A stretch of 64,000 bases of DNA from Eledone cirrhosa (Eukaryota), in NCBI GenBank assembly GCA_964016885.1, contig OZ024750.1, forward strand, positions 22,134,001-22,198,000, in the 5' to 3' direction. The position numbers and the translations under genes are program-made. Below, piece by piece: positions 41,061-56,581 of the stretch; the stretch's first letter is position 1; each line of letters starts with the position of its first letter. The notes under the pieces were generated by a model that worked only from the letters and a program-made list of their open reading frames with translations, did not search any database and was not told the DNA's origin.

Positions 41061-42130
41061 GCAAAGTGTAGCAGATTTATATCATTATTTATTTATTATA
41101 CCATTATTGCCAACAATTAGATAAACTGTAGTAATTTAAAATATGATGTTCTGGTCCTGAAGTGCAACAAAACCCTACTGTAGTTGACTTGAATTCACTA
41201 CCTAAGAACAGGCAGCCCAGTACCTTATCCATTCAGTTATCTTGATCTTACGGCGATAATATAAATTTCTGTAAATAAAGTCTTGGTTCTCAATTACACT
41301 ATAGAAATCCCGTTCTACGGGGTCATTCGACTTGCTAGAAACAGCAGCCAAATCTCCCTCAAATCGAATTTTCCAAAAAGAAGAATGGGAGAACACATTG
41401 GATAATGTTGAACTTATATACACTATGCCTGTAAAAATACTGGATGGTCATAACTGGAACGTATTTCATCAAAGGTGTGTTTGATGAGGACTGTCCTAGA
41501 GCGAAATAACAACTCGTACCTTTTTTGCTTCGTTGTTTGATAATTTCAACATAAAGTTTGAGTGATCCAAATGGAGTCACGACTTCACAATACTGGAAAA
41601 GAGAGGTTTATGTTTACATTAATAAGGTCATGCTGTAGCACAGCCACCATATCCAGACATATTCCCTTGTGTTGATGGATCCACCGAAAGTTTTGTCACC
41701 AGTGTTCAGTTGTTCTATCAACAGAAGTAATTGCATATTGAATTAACGTGTAAATGACCCTTTAACGAGTAAGTGTACCCCTAATTTAATCCTTAATTCG
41801 AATCAGCATGACACTGTGTGACAAGGCTAAACCTTTGCATTACATGTGCAGTCCATCCGACGGATATCCACACATTTTCCGTCTATCCAAATTCACTCGC
41901 AAGGTTTGGGTCTACCCGAGGCTAGAGTAATCCCACTTTTCCAATATATTATGCCATCCGGGACGTCATGATTGTAAAATGACCTTCTTAACTGCACAGC
42001 CATGTCTGTTCTTTTATAGGTTATTTTATAAAACAATTAACTAAAATAACTAACAAATAGTTTTATCGCTCTACATAGCTGAATGCAAGAAATGTGAATC
42101 TGAGTTTTTCGAATATTAATAATAATATTA

Positions 42131-42420
42131 GATTCGTTTGCAATTATGTAAACAGCCTCTTAAGCCATGTCAGTAGAACAACCTCGTCATGCTTGCTCTT
42201 TTGTTAGCATATAAACACAACGGCAGACACTGTATATTTCAGAAAATATCATACACTGACAGTTGGCACGTAAACAGTATACGGTACTGATGAAGAGAAG
42301 TCACCCAGAAACATTAGTGTCTGCCGTTCTGTTTATATGCCAACACAAGAGCAAGAATGACGAGGTTGTTCTACTCACATGGCTTAAGAGGCTGTTTGCA
42401 TAATTACAAACGAATCGAAT
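42131..42420 (+). mobile_element. Penelope-like pLTR remnant, family E, with inverted arm
   Basis: Arms about 42131-42231 and 42316-42416; hammerhead at the start of the right arm; flanked by TAA/ATT-rich sequence. Confidence 0.72.
42281..42327 (+). ncRNA. Type I hammerhead ribozyme (family E)
   Basis: ACGGTA-CTGATGA-(poorly paired stem II)-GAAA-CATTAGTG-TC-TGCCGT; GUC triplet. Confidence 0.62.
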
Positions 42421-42428
42421 TTTATTAT

Positions 42429-42608
42429 TGGCAGTATCGGTAGAGGGTCGGACGCCATGCTTTGACGCATAGAGTTACTGCCCTTGCCATACTGAGTTCA
42501 AATCCCACCAAGGTTAACTTTGCCTTTCATCCTTACGGGGTCGATAAAATAAAGTACCAGTAATGCACTGGGTAATTGCTGGCCTTGAGCCAAAAGTAGA
42601 AACAATTA
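42429..42608 (+). mobile_element. SINE S1 directly downstream of the family E arm
   Basis: Consensus match. Confidence 0.85.
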
Positions 42609-43089
42609 TTAATATTCAAAAAACTCAGATTTACAATTAATAAAAACTACTTTATAAAACATTTCCTTGAAGTCAGATCTAAATTAACAGAAAAGATGTG
42701 TAGCATGGAGCAATAGTAATTATGTTGATACAATTTCAATATGGTTTGCTTCCAATTATTGCATGTATTTGGTGTGTAGTTGTCTTTGGTGTGTAGTTGT
42801 CTTTGGTGTGTAGTTGTCTTCAATATAGTGGGCATGATGTATATGTAACATTTTGACAACATTCACTTTCTATTAGACGCAGTTACTTGAAATTCTGCTT
42901 GATCAAATATATTTTTCTTTTAAAACGTAATTCTTATAAGAATATTAAAATGTCTAAATTTGTTTTTCTGTTTTCTTAGTCGTTTCACATTTTGAATCTT
43001 TGTAGCAAAATTAATTTATTGTTTTTTAATCTTAGTCATCAGTAATTCTAATATATTAAAAACGAGGGTGATTTTTATTACCACCAGAT

Positions 43090-43530
43090 ATCGTCTTATC
43101 TCAGCAGGTTGTATTCCATGGAACATTATCTTGATCTTTCTTGTGCTGTCTTTACACATTCACTCTATTTTAAACCTGTCCTATTTTTAATATTACCCAT
43201 CCACGTATTTCTTGATTTTCCTCTTCTTTGCACCCCATATTATTTTTTCGATTAAGTCTTTGTAAACCATTTTCTTTTCTAATTAAATGTCCGAAATAGT
43301 TTAGCTTTCTCTTTTTGGCGGTGTCTAATAAAACTTCCTTATTTTTTGTCATTTTTATCACTTTATCATTGGTTTTGTGTTCTGTCCATGATATTCTCAA
43401 AAGCATCCTATACACCCACATCTTAAAGACTTCTAATCCATTTAGATGAGTTGAAAACTAGACAAGGGGGGGGGGAGACTTCTAGATGTTCGTTTGATCT
43501 TCCTGATTTAGTAACCAAATCTTTTTTCTA
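43090..43530 (-). pseudogene. Degenerate RTE-clade LINE 3' fragment
   Basis: MWVYRMLLRISWTEHKTND..KRKLNYFGHLIRK. Confidence 0.75.
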
Positions 43531-44654
43531 AACAAAGGAATGGCGCATTGAATAATGAAATATTGGATACACTATCTGGGGAAAGATGTATTCACAGCAT
43601 ACGTAAAAGACAGTCGTGAAGGCAAAATAACACATAAACACACTTTGAGGTATCAGAAGCGCCATCTTTAGTGAATTCAAAGAAATAACAAGACTTGTAT
43701 ACAATGAATATTCTAAATCAGTCATGGATTATGTCATTGCTGTCTGGGCTGTACACTACCAAACATAACATAAGAACACCTCCAGGTATTGTTATGGTGT
43801 AATGTTTGGGTGTGTTCATCAGAGTATAATGTGTGATCATGTACGACAGGGAAGGTAATGGAAAGAAACAAAATTTGCAAAATAATGGAGTCATAAAATG
43901 TATTTTATGTATTTTATGAGACGATTTATCCATTTAAAATGGAACACCGAACGAAAAAGTATGCTTTCAGCATGTTTTCGTCGAGATGATAGCCTGAGAA
44001 TTCAAAGGAAAGATTAAAATGTTCTTTGTAATAGAACACAAGGAGACTTTGATCAACATCTTAGCATGCTTAAATTGAAAGGTTTTCATCGATTTTTGCC
44101 TGACTTTGTATAAATTGGATAAGAAAATTAGATAAAGGAAATTCAGTTAAGGAAAATAAAAGAACTACCCGGAGGTATTTTATTGTCACATCTAGTTTTA
44201 AATACTGATTAAGTTGTCATTCAAATCTTTAAGTTTGAATCGTTGCTTTTTGAGCGACGTACATCAGAGAAGATAATTGTGTTCTGTTAAATATATAGTG
44301 TTACAATGGTGAGTCCGTCGTCGGTTTCGATGATGAGCATTTAGTTGTTCAATCAACTACACGCCCGACTACTAAATTAACGGGTCTCCATGCTGCGTCC
44401 ACAGTTTTACAATACGATGTTGTAAGATATATATATATTTACAATACTGTTGTTAGTTAGATAGTTTTACAATACTGTTCTGTTAGAGATATACTCGCAG
44501 TTCAACAGCGCTAGTTTAACAATCGTTAGAACTCCGGAGAGAATGCTTTGCGATATTCGTTCCGGCTCTTTGTGCCCAGAGTTTAAATCCCGCCGGTGTC
44601 AGCTTTGCCTTTCGTTCTTTAGAAGGGTCATTGGAGTAATGTTAGAGTGCTTAG

Positions 44655-44945
44655 CTCGGAGATCAGAGAGTTACTCCAGGTAGAGCTGCTACTTCTCCGA
44701 GTTCACAGCTCCGATACTATGAGCATGTAATTACAATGTCTCAGGAAAGAATCGCTGGACAGATTTTACGAGCAAAACCAACCGGCAGGAGACTCAGGGG
44801 TAGACCCCGAGCAAGATGGTTGGATAATATCTATGAGCTTGGCTGGTCTCGCTTGGGGGTCCAGCCAGATCAGTTGGAGACGGTTGCTTCTGGCAGGATC
44901 CGCTGGAAGGAGTGTTTGAGGACTCTGCCCCCATGACCCCCCCCC
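44655..44945 (+). pseudogene. RTE/Expander-type LINE 3' fragment
   Basis: [52 protein letters not shown]. Confidence 0.72.
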
Positions 44946-45131
44946 CCAGAATAAGTGAGCGAAGAAGAGTACTGAGTCTATCTTTTCTCCCCCTTTCTTT
45001 CGCTCTCTCTCTCTCTCTCTATTTCTTTCTTTCTCTCCCTCTCTCTCTCCCTGTGCATATATATATATATACACATTATATAAATATATATATATACATA
45101 CATACATATATATATATATATGTGCATATAC

Positions 45132-45221
<90 letters not shown>

Positions 45222-45890
45222 TAAATATATAGTTTTACACTGATAAATCCTCTGTCGGTTTCGACGATGACTATTCAATCATTCAATCAACTGAACGTCC
45301 GACTTGTAAATTAACATGCTGTGATTTCCACAAACAACCCCAACCCCTAAAAATACTGTTTTTTGTCCTACTTTCCTACTGGTTGTGAATTTTTGATTCT
45401 TTTTGAAAATTATGGTTAACTTCCTTTTCGTTGGATGGAAGAAGTTGCCAATAATGATGAGGAGAAGGATATGATTTGAAATATAATAGATTTGACTGCT
45501 ATTTCTAGCAGGTCGAGTGACAACATACAGGCAGGATCCTCTGGCTGCTTCTATGTTTTTTTGCGTTGCTGACAATTAGAAAACTTAATGAATTTGAAAA
45601 TTAGCTTGTCACTCATCGATAATAAATATAGCAATTCTTTTATTAATTAATCATTGATCAATCAGATCACGTTTATAGAAGAATGGATGTTTGTTTGGCT
45701 TATCTACAGAATTATAAATATTAAGGTAATGGTGGCGAAGTGAAAGAATCGTTAGAACTCCAGGTAGAATGTTATGCGGTATTCGCTTCAGCTCTCTGCG
45801 CTCTTAGTTCAAATCCCGTTGGGGGTCAGCTTCGCCATTCGTCTTTTCGAAGTCACTAAATAAAGAACCAGTTCAGTACTGGGATGGACC

Positions 45891-45977
<87 letters not shown>

Positions 45978-46949
45978 CAAATCGGCTGGGTTCAGACCTG
46001 ATGAGGGATGAGTTCTGCCAGGTTTAAAATGTCTAAGACGGTGTGTGTCGGCGTACTTTGCGACGGTACCTTGCGACTCCACCAGGAAATACGCAGTCTT
46101 AAATATGGAAGAGGCGGCGAATTGGCAGAATTGTTAGAACATCGGTTAGAATGCTTTATGGTATTGGTTCTAGCTTTCTGTTCTCTAAGTTCGAAACCCG
46201 CCATGGTCAACTTTGCCTTTCATCCTTTCGAGGTCGATATCTATTTTTCCACTATATCTCTTTCTCACTTCCACTCTCTCACTTTCTATCCTTGGAAGAA
46301 GTTAATATGATCAAAATCTAAACTATAATAAAGGGAGAAGTGCGGGACTCCGTCCAGAATATATTTTTTTACCCCGTTTGTAAAATAAGTTGGATTACTT
46401 TGAATAAATAATGAATGAATATTACATAATTTATGTGCTAAATTTCGTGGCTGTTGATTAAATATATTTTATAGCTTATTTAATGATTCACTTCTTTAAA
46501 ATTTTCAAATGTCAACACTTCCGGTTAGCGGCTATTATATAAAAATATCGCATATATTTCCGCGGCTAATTTTCTCCTAATGCAGTTTATATATAATATC
46601 CTCTTTTTATAATATATCATGGGTTACGTTACTGATTACATAAGACAGTGTAACACAGTCTTCATTCAATTTCTGTGTATATTGTCAATTACGATTTTAT
46701 TTGATGTATCATATCTACATGTATATATATTTGTGTATAATATCAATATACACACTACACATGCTAGCAGAAAAACCCCACCCAAAGGGTGGTTTTTCTG
46801 CTTGTATAAATAATCCGTTATTTCCTTTTTCGTGGCATCATAAATAGTAGGAAAAAATAAGTTGTTTCGAATTTCTAATTTTGTTTTCTATACTTCTTAT
46901 TTTTAATTTTTTTCACAAAAAAATGTTTCTTTATTTAAAGTTTAAAGTC

Positions 46950-47089
46950 GTCAGGAATGCCTTGATGATGTCGTATAAATGAAACAGTTCTAGTCCTGGA
47001 TAAACCATTTCTGTATTAATTAGGTTTATACTCTACTAATATATTGAGTACCTTCTTAACTGTGGTTACCCCCGATTTAACTCGGGATC
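46950..47089 (+). mobile_element. Old family A pLTR remnant
   Basis: TTGATGA..GAAACAGTTCTAGTCCTG..ATTGAGTACC..GTGGTTACCCCCGA. Confidence 0.7.
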
Positions 47090-47213
47090 TACACGTTCGT
47101 ATACATATAATAGTAATAATAATAAATATGAAGACTAAAATCCGAAGAGAGCTCGATAAGGATAATATATATATATATATAAACCGTAGAGCCAATATTT
47201 ATTAAAATAACAG

Positions 47214-47300
<87 letters not shown>

Positions 47301-47561
47301 ACATATACATATATACCTATAGCGACGTTAATATAGAAGCATTTATGCCGACAATATATACACATACAATATACACATACAGACAGACATACATAAATAC
47401 ATACATACACACACAATGTAATAATTGATGCGGTGCGTTTTCTAGCTAAAATATTAACATTGGTAACAACAACAGTAGCAACAACAGTAGCAACAACAAC
47501 AACAATAACAATAACAGCAATTTGCACTAGGTGAACCTTTATTTTTTTTTTGTACTTTCAG

Positions 47562-47979
47562 AATGGTGTGTTGAACTTTTCCCCCAAACATGGAATATCT
47601 CTGCGAAACGAGGTTTGCGTAATAATGTTTAAGAAGGAGAGTGAAAACATCTACGCCACTTTAATGGAGAACCTCGTTAAACAGTTGGACAACGTACGTC
47701 TCGCAGTGCGGCCCTATATGGCCGTCGAGGGACAGGATACACTTCGACATCTTCCCTATAGTAAAATATTCTTGGTATTTGCCGAATGTTTGCCTAATAA
47801 GAGGCCGGCTTCGCCAAGCTCACCATCCAACTCTGTTTCTTTGTCCCCGACGTCTTCTTCTTCTTCTTCTTCTTCTTCTTCTTCTTCTTCCCCATCCTGC
47901 CCTACCTCATTACAAACTAAACCCAATGAACAGGTTGAATTACAGATAGCATCCCTTAAAGTAATCAAGGCCCTTGGAG
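47562..47979 (+). CDS. Exon 4: first part of the alpha/beta domain with a poly-Ser insertion
   Basis: Acceptor ttttgtactttcag|, phase 0; NEVCVIMF..KIFLVFAEC..LKVIKALG; donor GAG|GTAAGA, phase 1. Confidence 0.82.
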
Positions 47980-48144
47980 GTAAGATAAAAAAAAAAAAAC
48001 GTTCTTGGTTGCGTAAATTCATGTAAGCAATACTCTGTAGCATGCTCGCACACATACACACACACACACACACGTGCACACATACGTTCACATATACATA
48101 TACACATACATATATACGTACACACACAGAGGTGTTGTTGTTTT

Positions 48145-48178
<34 letters not shown>

Positions 48179-49734
48179 ACTCTAAGCTGCAGATTAGCTG
48201 AGACGTTAGAGCGCAGTACAAAATTATTCTAGCTCTCTGTACTCTGGGTTAACATCTCGCCGAGGTCAACTTTACCTTTGATCCGTTCGGGGTTGGTAAA
48301 ATGAAGTACCAGTCTAATAGAGTAAATTGTCTGAATCGTTAGAGCATTACAGTATTTGTTTCGATTCTGAATTCAAATACTCTCTATGGCCCACTTAGGA
48401 TAGGATGGGGTAGGGAAGTATACTTAATTTGTCGACCGGTTTAACAGCACCATATTGTCATTGGGGTGGGGGACGTTAGTGGGGGACGTTAACACCGTTG
48501 CAAGAACTCAGCTCATGTCTTCAGTTTGAGGATACCTTCTTCCTTCCCAACAATATCGTAGGCTATGAACAGTGTCATGAGCTCTGCTCTTCCCTGATTT
48601 AACAGGCATATGATCCCAGAACCACATTATCTAATATGGTTTTTTCTAAGACTTTAGGACGTTATTTGAAAAAAGAATTTACTGCTGTTTGTAGCAGATC
48701 GAGTGACCACATATAGGCTTTCTCAGAGGTGTTCGGTAGTTCTCTTAAGGGATCCTCATATTTTATGCTATGTTAATAATAAAATCTTATTCTTGATTTT
48801 CTTCTTTGTGCGATGAATAGTAGATTCGATAAATCGATGGAAAGTAACCCTTTCGGTTCTGAGTTCAAATCTTACTGAGGTCAACTTTGCATTTCACTCT
48901 TCCGGGGTGAGAGCTAATAAAAAATAAAGTACGTACTAGGTTCGAGAGAGTCATCAATCTCCTTTTCCATGTGCCTGGTCTAGTACCTACGTTTGAAACT
49001 ATTATTATACAAAGCGTCACTTAGTAATTACGTTGGAAACTATTTGGATACATACCAAACTTCATCTAGTACTTATGTTGGAAATGATTAATGTACCAAT
49101 AGCCTCTTAGTGTTTACGTTGGAAATTATCAATGCACCAAAATCTCCGTTTATGAAATATAAGACCTAGTACCCACATTGAAAACTATTAATATACTCAT
49201 TTTTTAAAAGTATGTTTTAAGCCAAGGACTTATCAAGTCGGAGCTTACTGCAGATTCATGAGACGTTAAGTTCTTGGGGTGTACAAGATCCCCCACCCCT
49301 TGATGTGACGCTAGTCCATCACAAAAAATATACTTAATGCATTCCTTTATTTATTTTCTCTTCTTTTCTCTCTCTCTCTCTATCTATCTATCTTTCTCCC
49401 TCTCTCTTTCTCCCCCTCTCTCTCTCCCTCTCTCTCTCACTCTATCTATCTATCTATCGATCTATCTATCTATCTCTCTGTCTCTCTGTAAACTATTAGC
49501 AGTAATTTTTTTTATGAAATAGAAGGCAATAGGTTAGAATTTCTAGCTGTTATACGTATTTTAATTGCATATTTTACGTAATTATAAATGATCAGATACG
49601 ACCTCTTCAGAAGCTCTCACCTGTATAAATATCAATTATGTGATATACCACCGGGCAAGCTTACGGTGTTAATTATTCTCAGCCCGGTCATAAATAAAAT
49701 GTGAAATCTTAACCTACTGCCTTCTACTTCATTT

Positions 49735-49793
<59 letters not shown>

Positions 49794-49911
49794 CACTAAC
49801 ACACACAAATACATATATAGTACCACCACCATTATCATAATCATTATCAACACCACTACCACCACCATCATCACCACCATCATCACCATCACTACAACCA
49901 TTATTATAATC

Positions 49912-49972
<61 letters not shown>

Positions 49973-50005
49973 ATATATATATGTATGTATATATATATAT
50001 GTAGT

Positions 50006-50050
<45 letters not shown>

Positions 50051-50319
50051 ATATACATAGATATATAGCTATGTTATTTTTAATCAAGGTTCCACCACTC
50101 TTAATGACATATATTCAATAATGTGAATGCATGATTTAACTAATTGCCCTCCAAGTGTTCCGATACAAGAAATATCAATCAATTGATTAAGTCTAAGCAA
50201 TTAGCTAAATGTACTAAGAGAGACCAGTTAATAAAACCAAATATCGATCCTTCGATTTGACATTTGATTATATACAAGCTTCTGTTATTGACAGTAAATC
50301 AACCTTTGATAAAAAGTAA

Positions 50320-51745
50320 TACATACAGTCAACATTATGTAATGGTCAGACTGAGGGTGGTGGGTTGGTAAAATAGGACATACAGTCAACATTATGTAAT
50401 GGTCAGACTGAGGGTGGTGGGTTGGTAAAATAGGACATACAGTCAACATTATGTAATGGTCAGACTGAGGGTGGTGGGTTGGTAAAATAGGACATACAAT
50501 CAACATTATGTAATAGTCAGACTGAGGGTGGTGGGTTGGTAAAATAGGACATACAATCAACATTATGTAATAGTCAGACTGAGGGTGGTGGGTTGGTAAA
50601 ATAGGACATACAATCAACATTATGTAATGGTCAGACTGAGGGTTGTGGGTTGGTAAAATAGGACATACAGTCAACATTATGTAATGGTCAGACTGGGGGT
50701 GGTGGGTTGGTAAAATAGGACATACAATCAACATTATGTAATGACCAGACTGAGGATGGTGGGTTGGTAAAATAGGACATACAGTCAACATTATGTAATG
50801 ATCAGACTGGGGGTGGTGGGTTGGTAAAATAGGACATACAGTCAACATTATGTAATGGTCAGACTGGGGGTGGTGGGTTGGTAAAATAGGACATACAATC
50901 AACATTATGTAATGATCAGACTGAGGTGGTGGGTTGGTAAAATAGGACATACAGTCAACATTATGTAATGGTCAGACTGGGGGTGGTGGGTTGGTAAAAT
51001 AGGACATACAATCAACATTATGTAATGACCAGACTGAGGATGGTGGGTTGGTAAAATAGGACATACAATCAACATTATGTAATGACCAGACTGAGGATGG
51101 TGGGTTGGTAAAATAGGACATACAATCAACATTATGTAATGACCAGACTGAGGATGGTGGGTTGGTAAAATAGGACATACAATCAACATTATGTAATGAC
51201 CAGACTGAGGATGGTGGGTTGGTAAAATAGGACATACAATCAACATTATGTAATGACCAGACTGAGGATGGTGGGTTGGTAAAATAGGACATACAATCAA
51301 CATTATGTAATGACCAGACTGGGGGTGGTGGGTTGGTAAAATAGGACATACAATCAACATTATGTAATGACCAGACTGGGGCTGGTGGGTTGGCAAGGTT
51401 GGTAGGACATACAGTCAACATTATGTAATGACCAGACTGGGGGTGGTGGGTTGGTAAAATAGGACATACAATCAACATTATGTAATGACCAGACTGGGGG
51501 TGGTGGGTTGGTAAAATAGGACATACAATCAACATTATGTAATGACCAGACTGAGGATGGTGGGTTGGTAAAATAGGACATACAATCAACATTATGTAAT
51601 GGTCAGACTGGGGCTGGTGGGTTGGCAAGGTTGGTAGGACATACAGTCAACATTATGTAATGACCAGACTGAGGGAGGTGGGTTGTCAAAGTTTGTAATA
51701 CAATCAACATTACATAATGGTCAGACTGAAGAAGGAGGGTTGGCA
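50320..51745. repeat. 57-bp minisatellite, about 25 copies (intron 4)
   Basis: Unit GGACATACAATCAACATTATGTAATGACCAGACTGAGGATGGTGGGTTGGTAAAATA with few variants; no unique spacers. Confidence 0.95.
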
Positions 51746-52352
51746 AAGTTGGTAGGAGGTCGGATATAATGCCATTGCAGTATTTCTTCTGGCTCTTTAA
51801 GTTCTGATTTCAAATCCCACTGAAATCGACTTTATCTTTCATCCTCACAAGGTCGGTAAAATAAAGTATTAGTTCAGTACTGAGATCGATTTAATCAACT
51901 TCCTCCTCCTTCTAAATTGCTGGCCTTGTGCCTAAATTAAAAACCATTATGTACTGCCTGACTATTGTCTATACATAATGTTTTCTATATTTCCACTACA
52001 TTAATTATTGAATAATGATATTTCATTAAGTAATTGAAATGATTACGTATATTTAGGCCAAGTTAAATATTGATAATTAGATTTGATTTTTAACATGAAC
52101 AGAATTACAATTTCTTATCGGTGAAGGATGTAGTGGTTAGAATGTTAGAATCATGATCATAAGGCAGTTGGTTCAAACCCTAGTCTAGTCAGATGCATTG
52201 CGTCTTTGGACAAAATATTTTCCTGTTGTTCCAGTCCACTCAACTGAAAATGTAGCGTCTTATACCAATACCGTTTTGTACTTGAGCTTTCATTACAGGC
52301 GATATGGCGCGTGTCTGTAATTTCTCAGATATTACATTTTTATTCGTGTTAG

Positions 52353-52417
<65 letters not shown>

Positions 52418-52603
52418 GAGTTCGATTCCTGGACCGGGCGATGCGTTATGTCCTTGAGCAAGACACTTTATTTCACGTTTCCCCCTTCTACCTGGAGTTG
52501 CGACTGATAGAGACTTATTAGCAATTGGAAAGACCGACGGAAAGATTGTTTCCTTGGTCCGATTTGACGAAAGTCGATCGACTTTGTACATATGTATGTA
52601 TGT

Positions 52604-52712
52604 AAAAGGTAAACAGAAATAACAACACAATAGGTACAACATATGGAAGGAATATATTAGCTTAACGCTTGAAATACCAGGAAGAGGGTCTTAACGTTTC
52701 GGACGCTAGTCC
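52604..52712 (-). mobile_element. Family G pLTR remnant
   Basis: Homologous to 10617-10720. Confidence 0.7.
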
Positions 52713-53380
52713 TAAGGGTTACCTGTAGGTTTGTTTTGATAATTTAATGCGATGTTCAACAGGATTCTTACCTTTAAAAGATTAAAATTTTAAAGTAGCA
52801 AAAAACTCAGATTTGGAAATATATATAATTGTTTCTACTTTAGGCACAAAGCCAGCAATTACCCAGTACATTACTGGTACTTTATTTTATCGACCCCGTA
52901 AGGATGAAAGGCAAAGTTAACCTCGGCGGGATTTGAACTCAGACTGTAAAGGGACGTAACTATGATAATATTATAATATCAGTGTGCAATGAGGGAAAGT
53001 AGCATAATCTTGCTAACATGCATTTACCGAGTTCAGATATCACACCGACTACAAAGTTACCTTCTAACCACTCGGCTGGTGAGGGGGCATAACTTTAGAA
53101 CTTTTGGAGGTAGTATGAGTGATACATTGTAAAACTCTGCTTATTAACTATAAACAAATAGTCTTTAACTATAAACAAATAGTCTTTAACTATAAACAAA
53201 TAGTCTTGTACTCGTTTACTATTTTTTTAAGCCCACGTTAACTCTTCTCAGTAACAGTATATGTTGTTGTTATTGCTGCTGCTGTTGCTGGGATTGCTGC
53301 AGTTATTGGTGTTGTGGTTGTCTCTTTCTTTCCTGTCCCAGATCTACCGTATCATGTCTATAGTATTGAGACTTATGTAC

Positions 53381-53414
<34 letters not shown>

Positions 53415-53422
53415 ATATATAT

Positions 53423-53488
<66 letters not shown>

Positions 53489-53553
53489 ATGCATGTATGT
53501 ATGTAGGTATGTGTGTGTGTGTATGTATATATATATGTGTATATATGTGTATG

Positions 53554-53669
<116 letters not shown>

Positions 53670-53776
53670 TATGTGTGTGTGTAGATAGATTGATACATAT
53701 ACATACATATATACCACAAACACAGACAAACAAACATACACACACACATATATATATATATATGTATATATATATA

Positions 53777-53843
<67 letters not shown>

Positions 53844-54283
53844 CCTTGTCTCTAACTATCTATCTGTCCGTCTATCTTTGGTATAAACACCAAGCCGGAA
53901 TTTAAGTACAGGTTTAAAAGAATGGAAACACCAATGTAAATATCCATGGAAGTAATCATCTTTCAAGAGTATTTTAAGGTTCTTTATTTTCACTTGTTGA
54001 ATTTTGCACCAAAATGGCCTCCCATCGACATCAGATATTTGTCCACGTTAGCTATTTTAGTGATTCATGAACCGTTTATTGTAACAGTGTTACAGAAATG
54101 CTTCCACTGTGTGTATGAGAGAGAGAGTATGTGTGTGTGTGTGAGAGAGAGTGAGTATGTATATGTGTGTGAGAGAGAGAGAGAGAGAGAGGTGTGTGTG
54201 AGGGTGTGTGTGAATGTGTGTGAGAGTGTGTTTGCGAGAGTATGTGTGTATGTGTGTGTGTGAGAGAGAGAGTGAGTGAGTGA

Positions 54284-54347
<64 letters not shown>

Positions 54348-54356
54348 ATGAGAGAG

Positions 54357-54450
<94 letters not shown>

Positions 54451-56164
54451 ATTGTAAGATAGGATTCGTGAGTAGGCAGTTGTAACATTGTCTGCTATGA
54501 GTATACTCTATGAGAACGTGGGATGGTCATTTATTTTTAAATCTTGAAGTCGGCGAGGGAAGTACAGTGCCCATGAGCCTTTTAACGGCCTTCGAGACTT
54601 GTGGAATAGAAAAGCGAATGTTTCCCCAAAGACAGACTAGACTCCGCTAAACGAAGAGTTAGATGGTGGTGTTAAACTGGACAGCGGATTAAGTCTTGCA
54701 TTCAAGTGGGTTATTGCAATATTTGAACTCAAACTGTAAAATGCCGCAGCAAACACCGCAAAGTAGTTCGTTCGATGCACTAACAATTCCATCAATCCAG
54801 AGCCGCCTGAGACTTGTATATTGTTTTATCGACTCTGAAAAGATGAAATGCGAAAATGAACTCGGCGTTATTTGAACTTAGAACGCAGAGAGCCAAAACA
54901 AATACCTAAAAAAAAGTCTAAAGTCTGTCTCGAGCTCGGAGGCTCATCAGGTCAGTGTATCCCGACTTCCGTTGCGTGAAGCGACTGAGTGTACATGACT
55001 CCCTCCTGTACAGAACGCCAGTCCATCACAGGGTTAAACCCCCAGCTATTGCTTGTACTCATTTTCAGCTGAGTATACTGGAGCAACGTGAAATGAAGTT
55101 CTTTTTGCTTCAGGACAATGCACACAACCCAGTCCAGTAATCAAACCCACGACATTATGATCGTAATTCCAACACCCTTACCACTAGGCCTCGTACCTTC
55201 ACAGAAAAAATACCGCAAATGAATCTGCCAGTTCGCCATTTAATAAGTTTTCGTGCAGATTGAATGTAAATATTTGAATTTGTTATTATTATATCTGGTG
55301 TTAGCATGTTTAGAGTTGTTCATGCAGTATTCTATATGATTACTGTTTTATTGTTTTATAGTTGATAGTCTCAATCATAAAAATGTTCGCCATTTTTCTG
55401 ATTTTCTGTGTTTATTTTCTATCTTATTTCCTTGTTTAGTTGCTTAATGCTGGGTTTGTTTTTGTTGTATCTGGTATTGGAGATGCTTGAATTTTTACTG
55501 TTTTTATTAGGTTGATTATTTCAGTTGAGTATTTTGTGATGATATATTTTATTGTTACATTTTGGGCTGTTTTTGCATGCTTCTACAAATATGCTCATTG
55601 TCGAAACCGATGGAGTATCAATCACCTTGTTCTTTTGTTTAGCCACAGGTTAACCTTGATCTGGAATATCAATAATCAACGGCGTTCTATCCGTGATTAT
55701 ATTTTTCTCCTCTCACCCATAAGGTAATTGGGACAACATATTCCATTGTGTTCTTTTTTTTTTTTTTAGAAGCCCTTGTTTGAGGGAGATAACACAATAG
55801 ATAAAATGCAGACGAAGCATGTTCACGCACAGAGATCGCTGACTAGTTTTTTTGGTATAGTTGTGTATTAAATTACTAACCCCATATGATGAAAAAATAG
55901 TATATTTTGGTTCATATGTTAACTTTTTGGTAAATATTGGGTCATGTATTTTCTTATTATTGCGTAACCGAATAAGAAGTTCGCTTCGTAATCATTACAC
56001 AGCATCTTGCCAAAGCGTTTTTTTACCATTGAACTAGGACGCGTGTATGAAATTTGGTAAACGATCACTATGTGGAAGCCCGGCGGTTGGATTGTAACTG
56101 CAATTAAAAAATTCAGCCTTCTCACATATTATACCATATTGATTCTGACTGAGAATTGCGTTAA

Positions 56165-56581
56165 CCCTTTTGACACCAGCTAATATGAAACAAGCCGTGG
56201 TTCTATCATACTAAACTGTCCGGTTTAGACTGCTCTTAATTATTTTTAAATGTTCCATCTTAATTATTTGTAACAACCTTTATTAAGTTATGCTCCAAAC
56301 ATCAGATTAATAATTGTTTCTACTTTTGGCACAAGGCCAGCAATTATCCTAGTGCATTACTGGTACTTTATTTTATCGACCCCGTAACAATGAAAGACAA
56401 AGTTAACCTGGGCGGGATTTGAACTCAGATCTTAAAGGGACGTAACTCTATGCTGCAAAGCATGTCGCCCAACTCTCTACCGATACTGCCAATCCTTTAT
56501 TAAATACTTCCTTTTCTTTTTTACTAAATTTATTGAAACACAATGGCGGTGTATTTCATTAGAAATATTGTAACGAAATTG
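56165..56581. mobile_element. piggyBac-like MITE interrupted by an S1 SINE
   Basis: TTAA-CCCTTTTG ... CGAAATTG-TTAA; similar to 9021-9899. Confidence 0.55.

Noticed and set aside
45995-46030. CTGATGAG as a hammerhead core; also CTGATGA at 24184 and 26528
   Set aside because: No correctly placed GAAA, stem III or stem I partner
50320-51745. CRISPR-like regular array or repeat protein (ORFs 50285-51628); same for 40632-41000
   Set aside because: No unique spacers and no cas genes in a eukaryotic intron; ORFs arise because the unit lengths (57, 63) are multiples of 3
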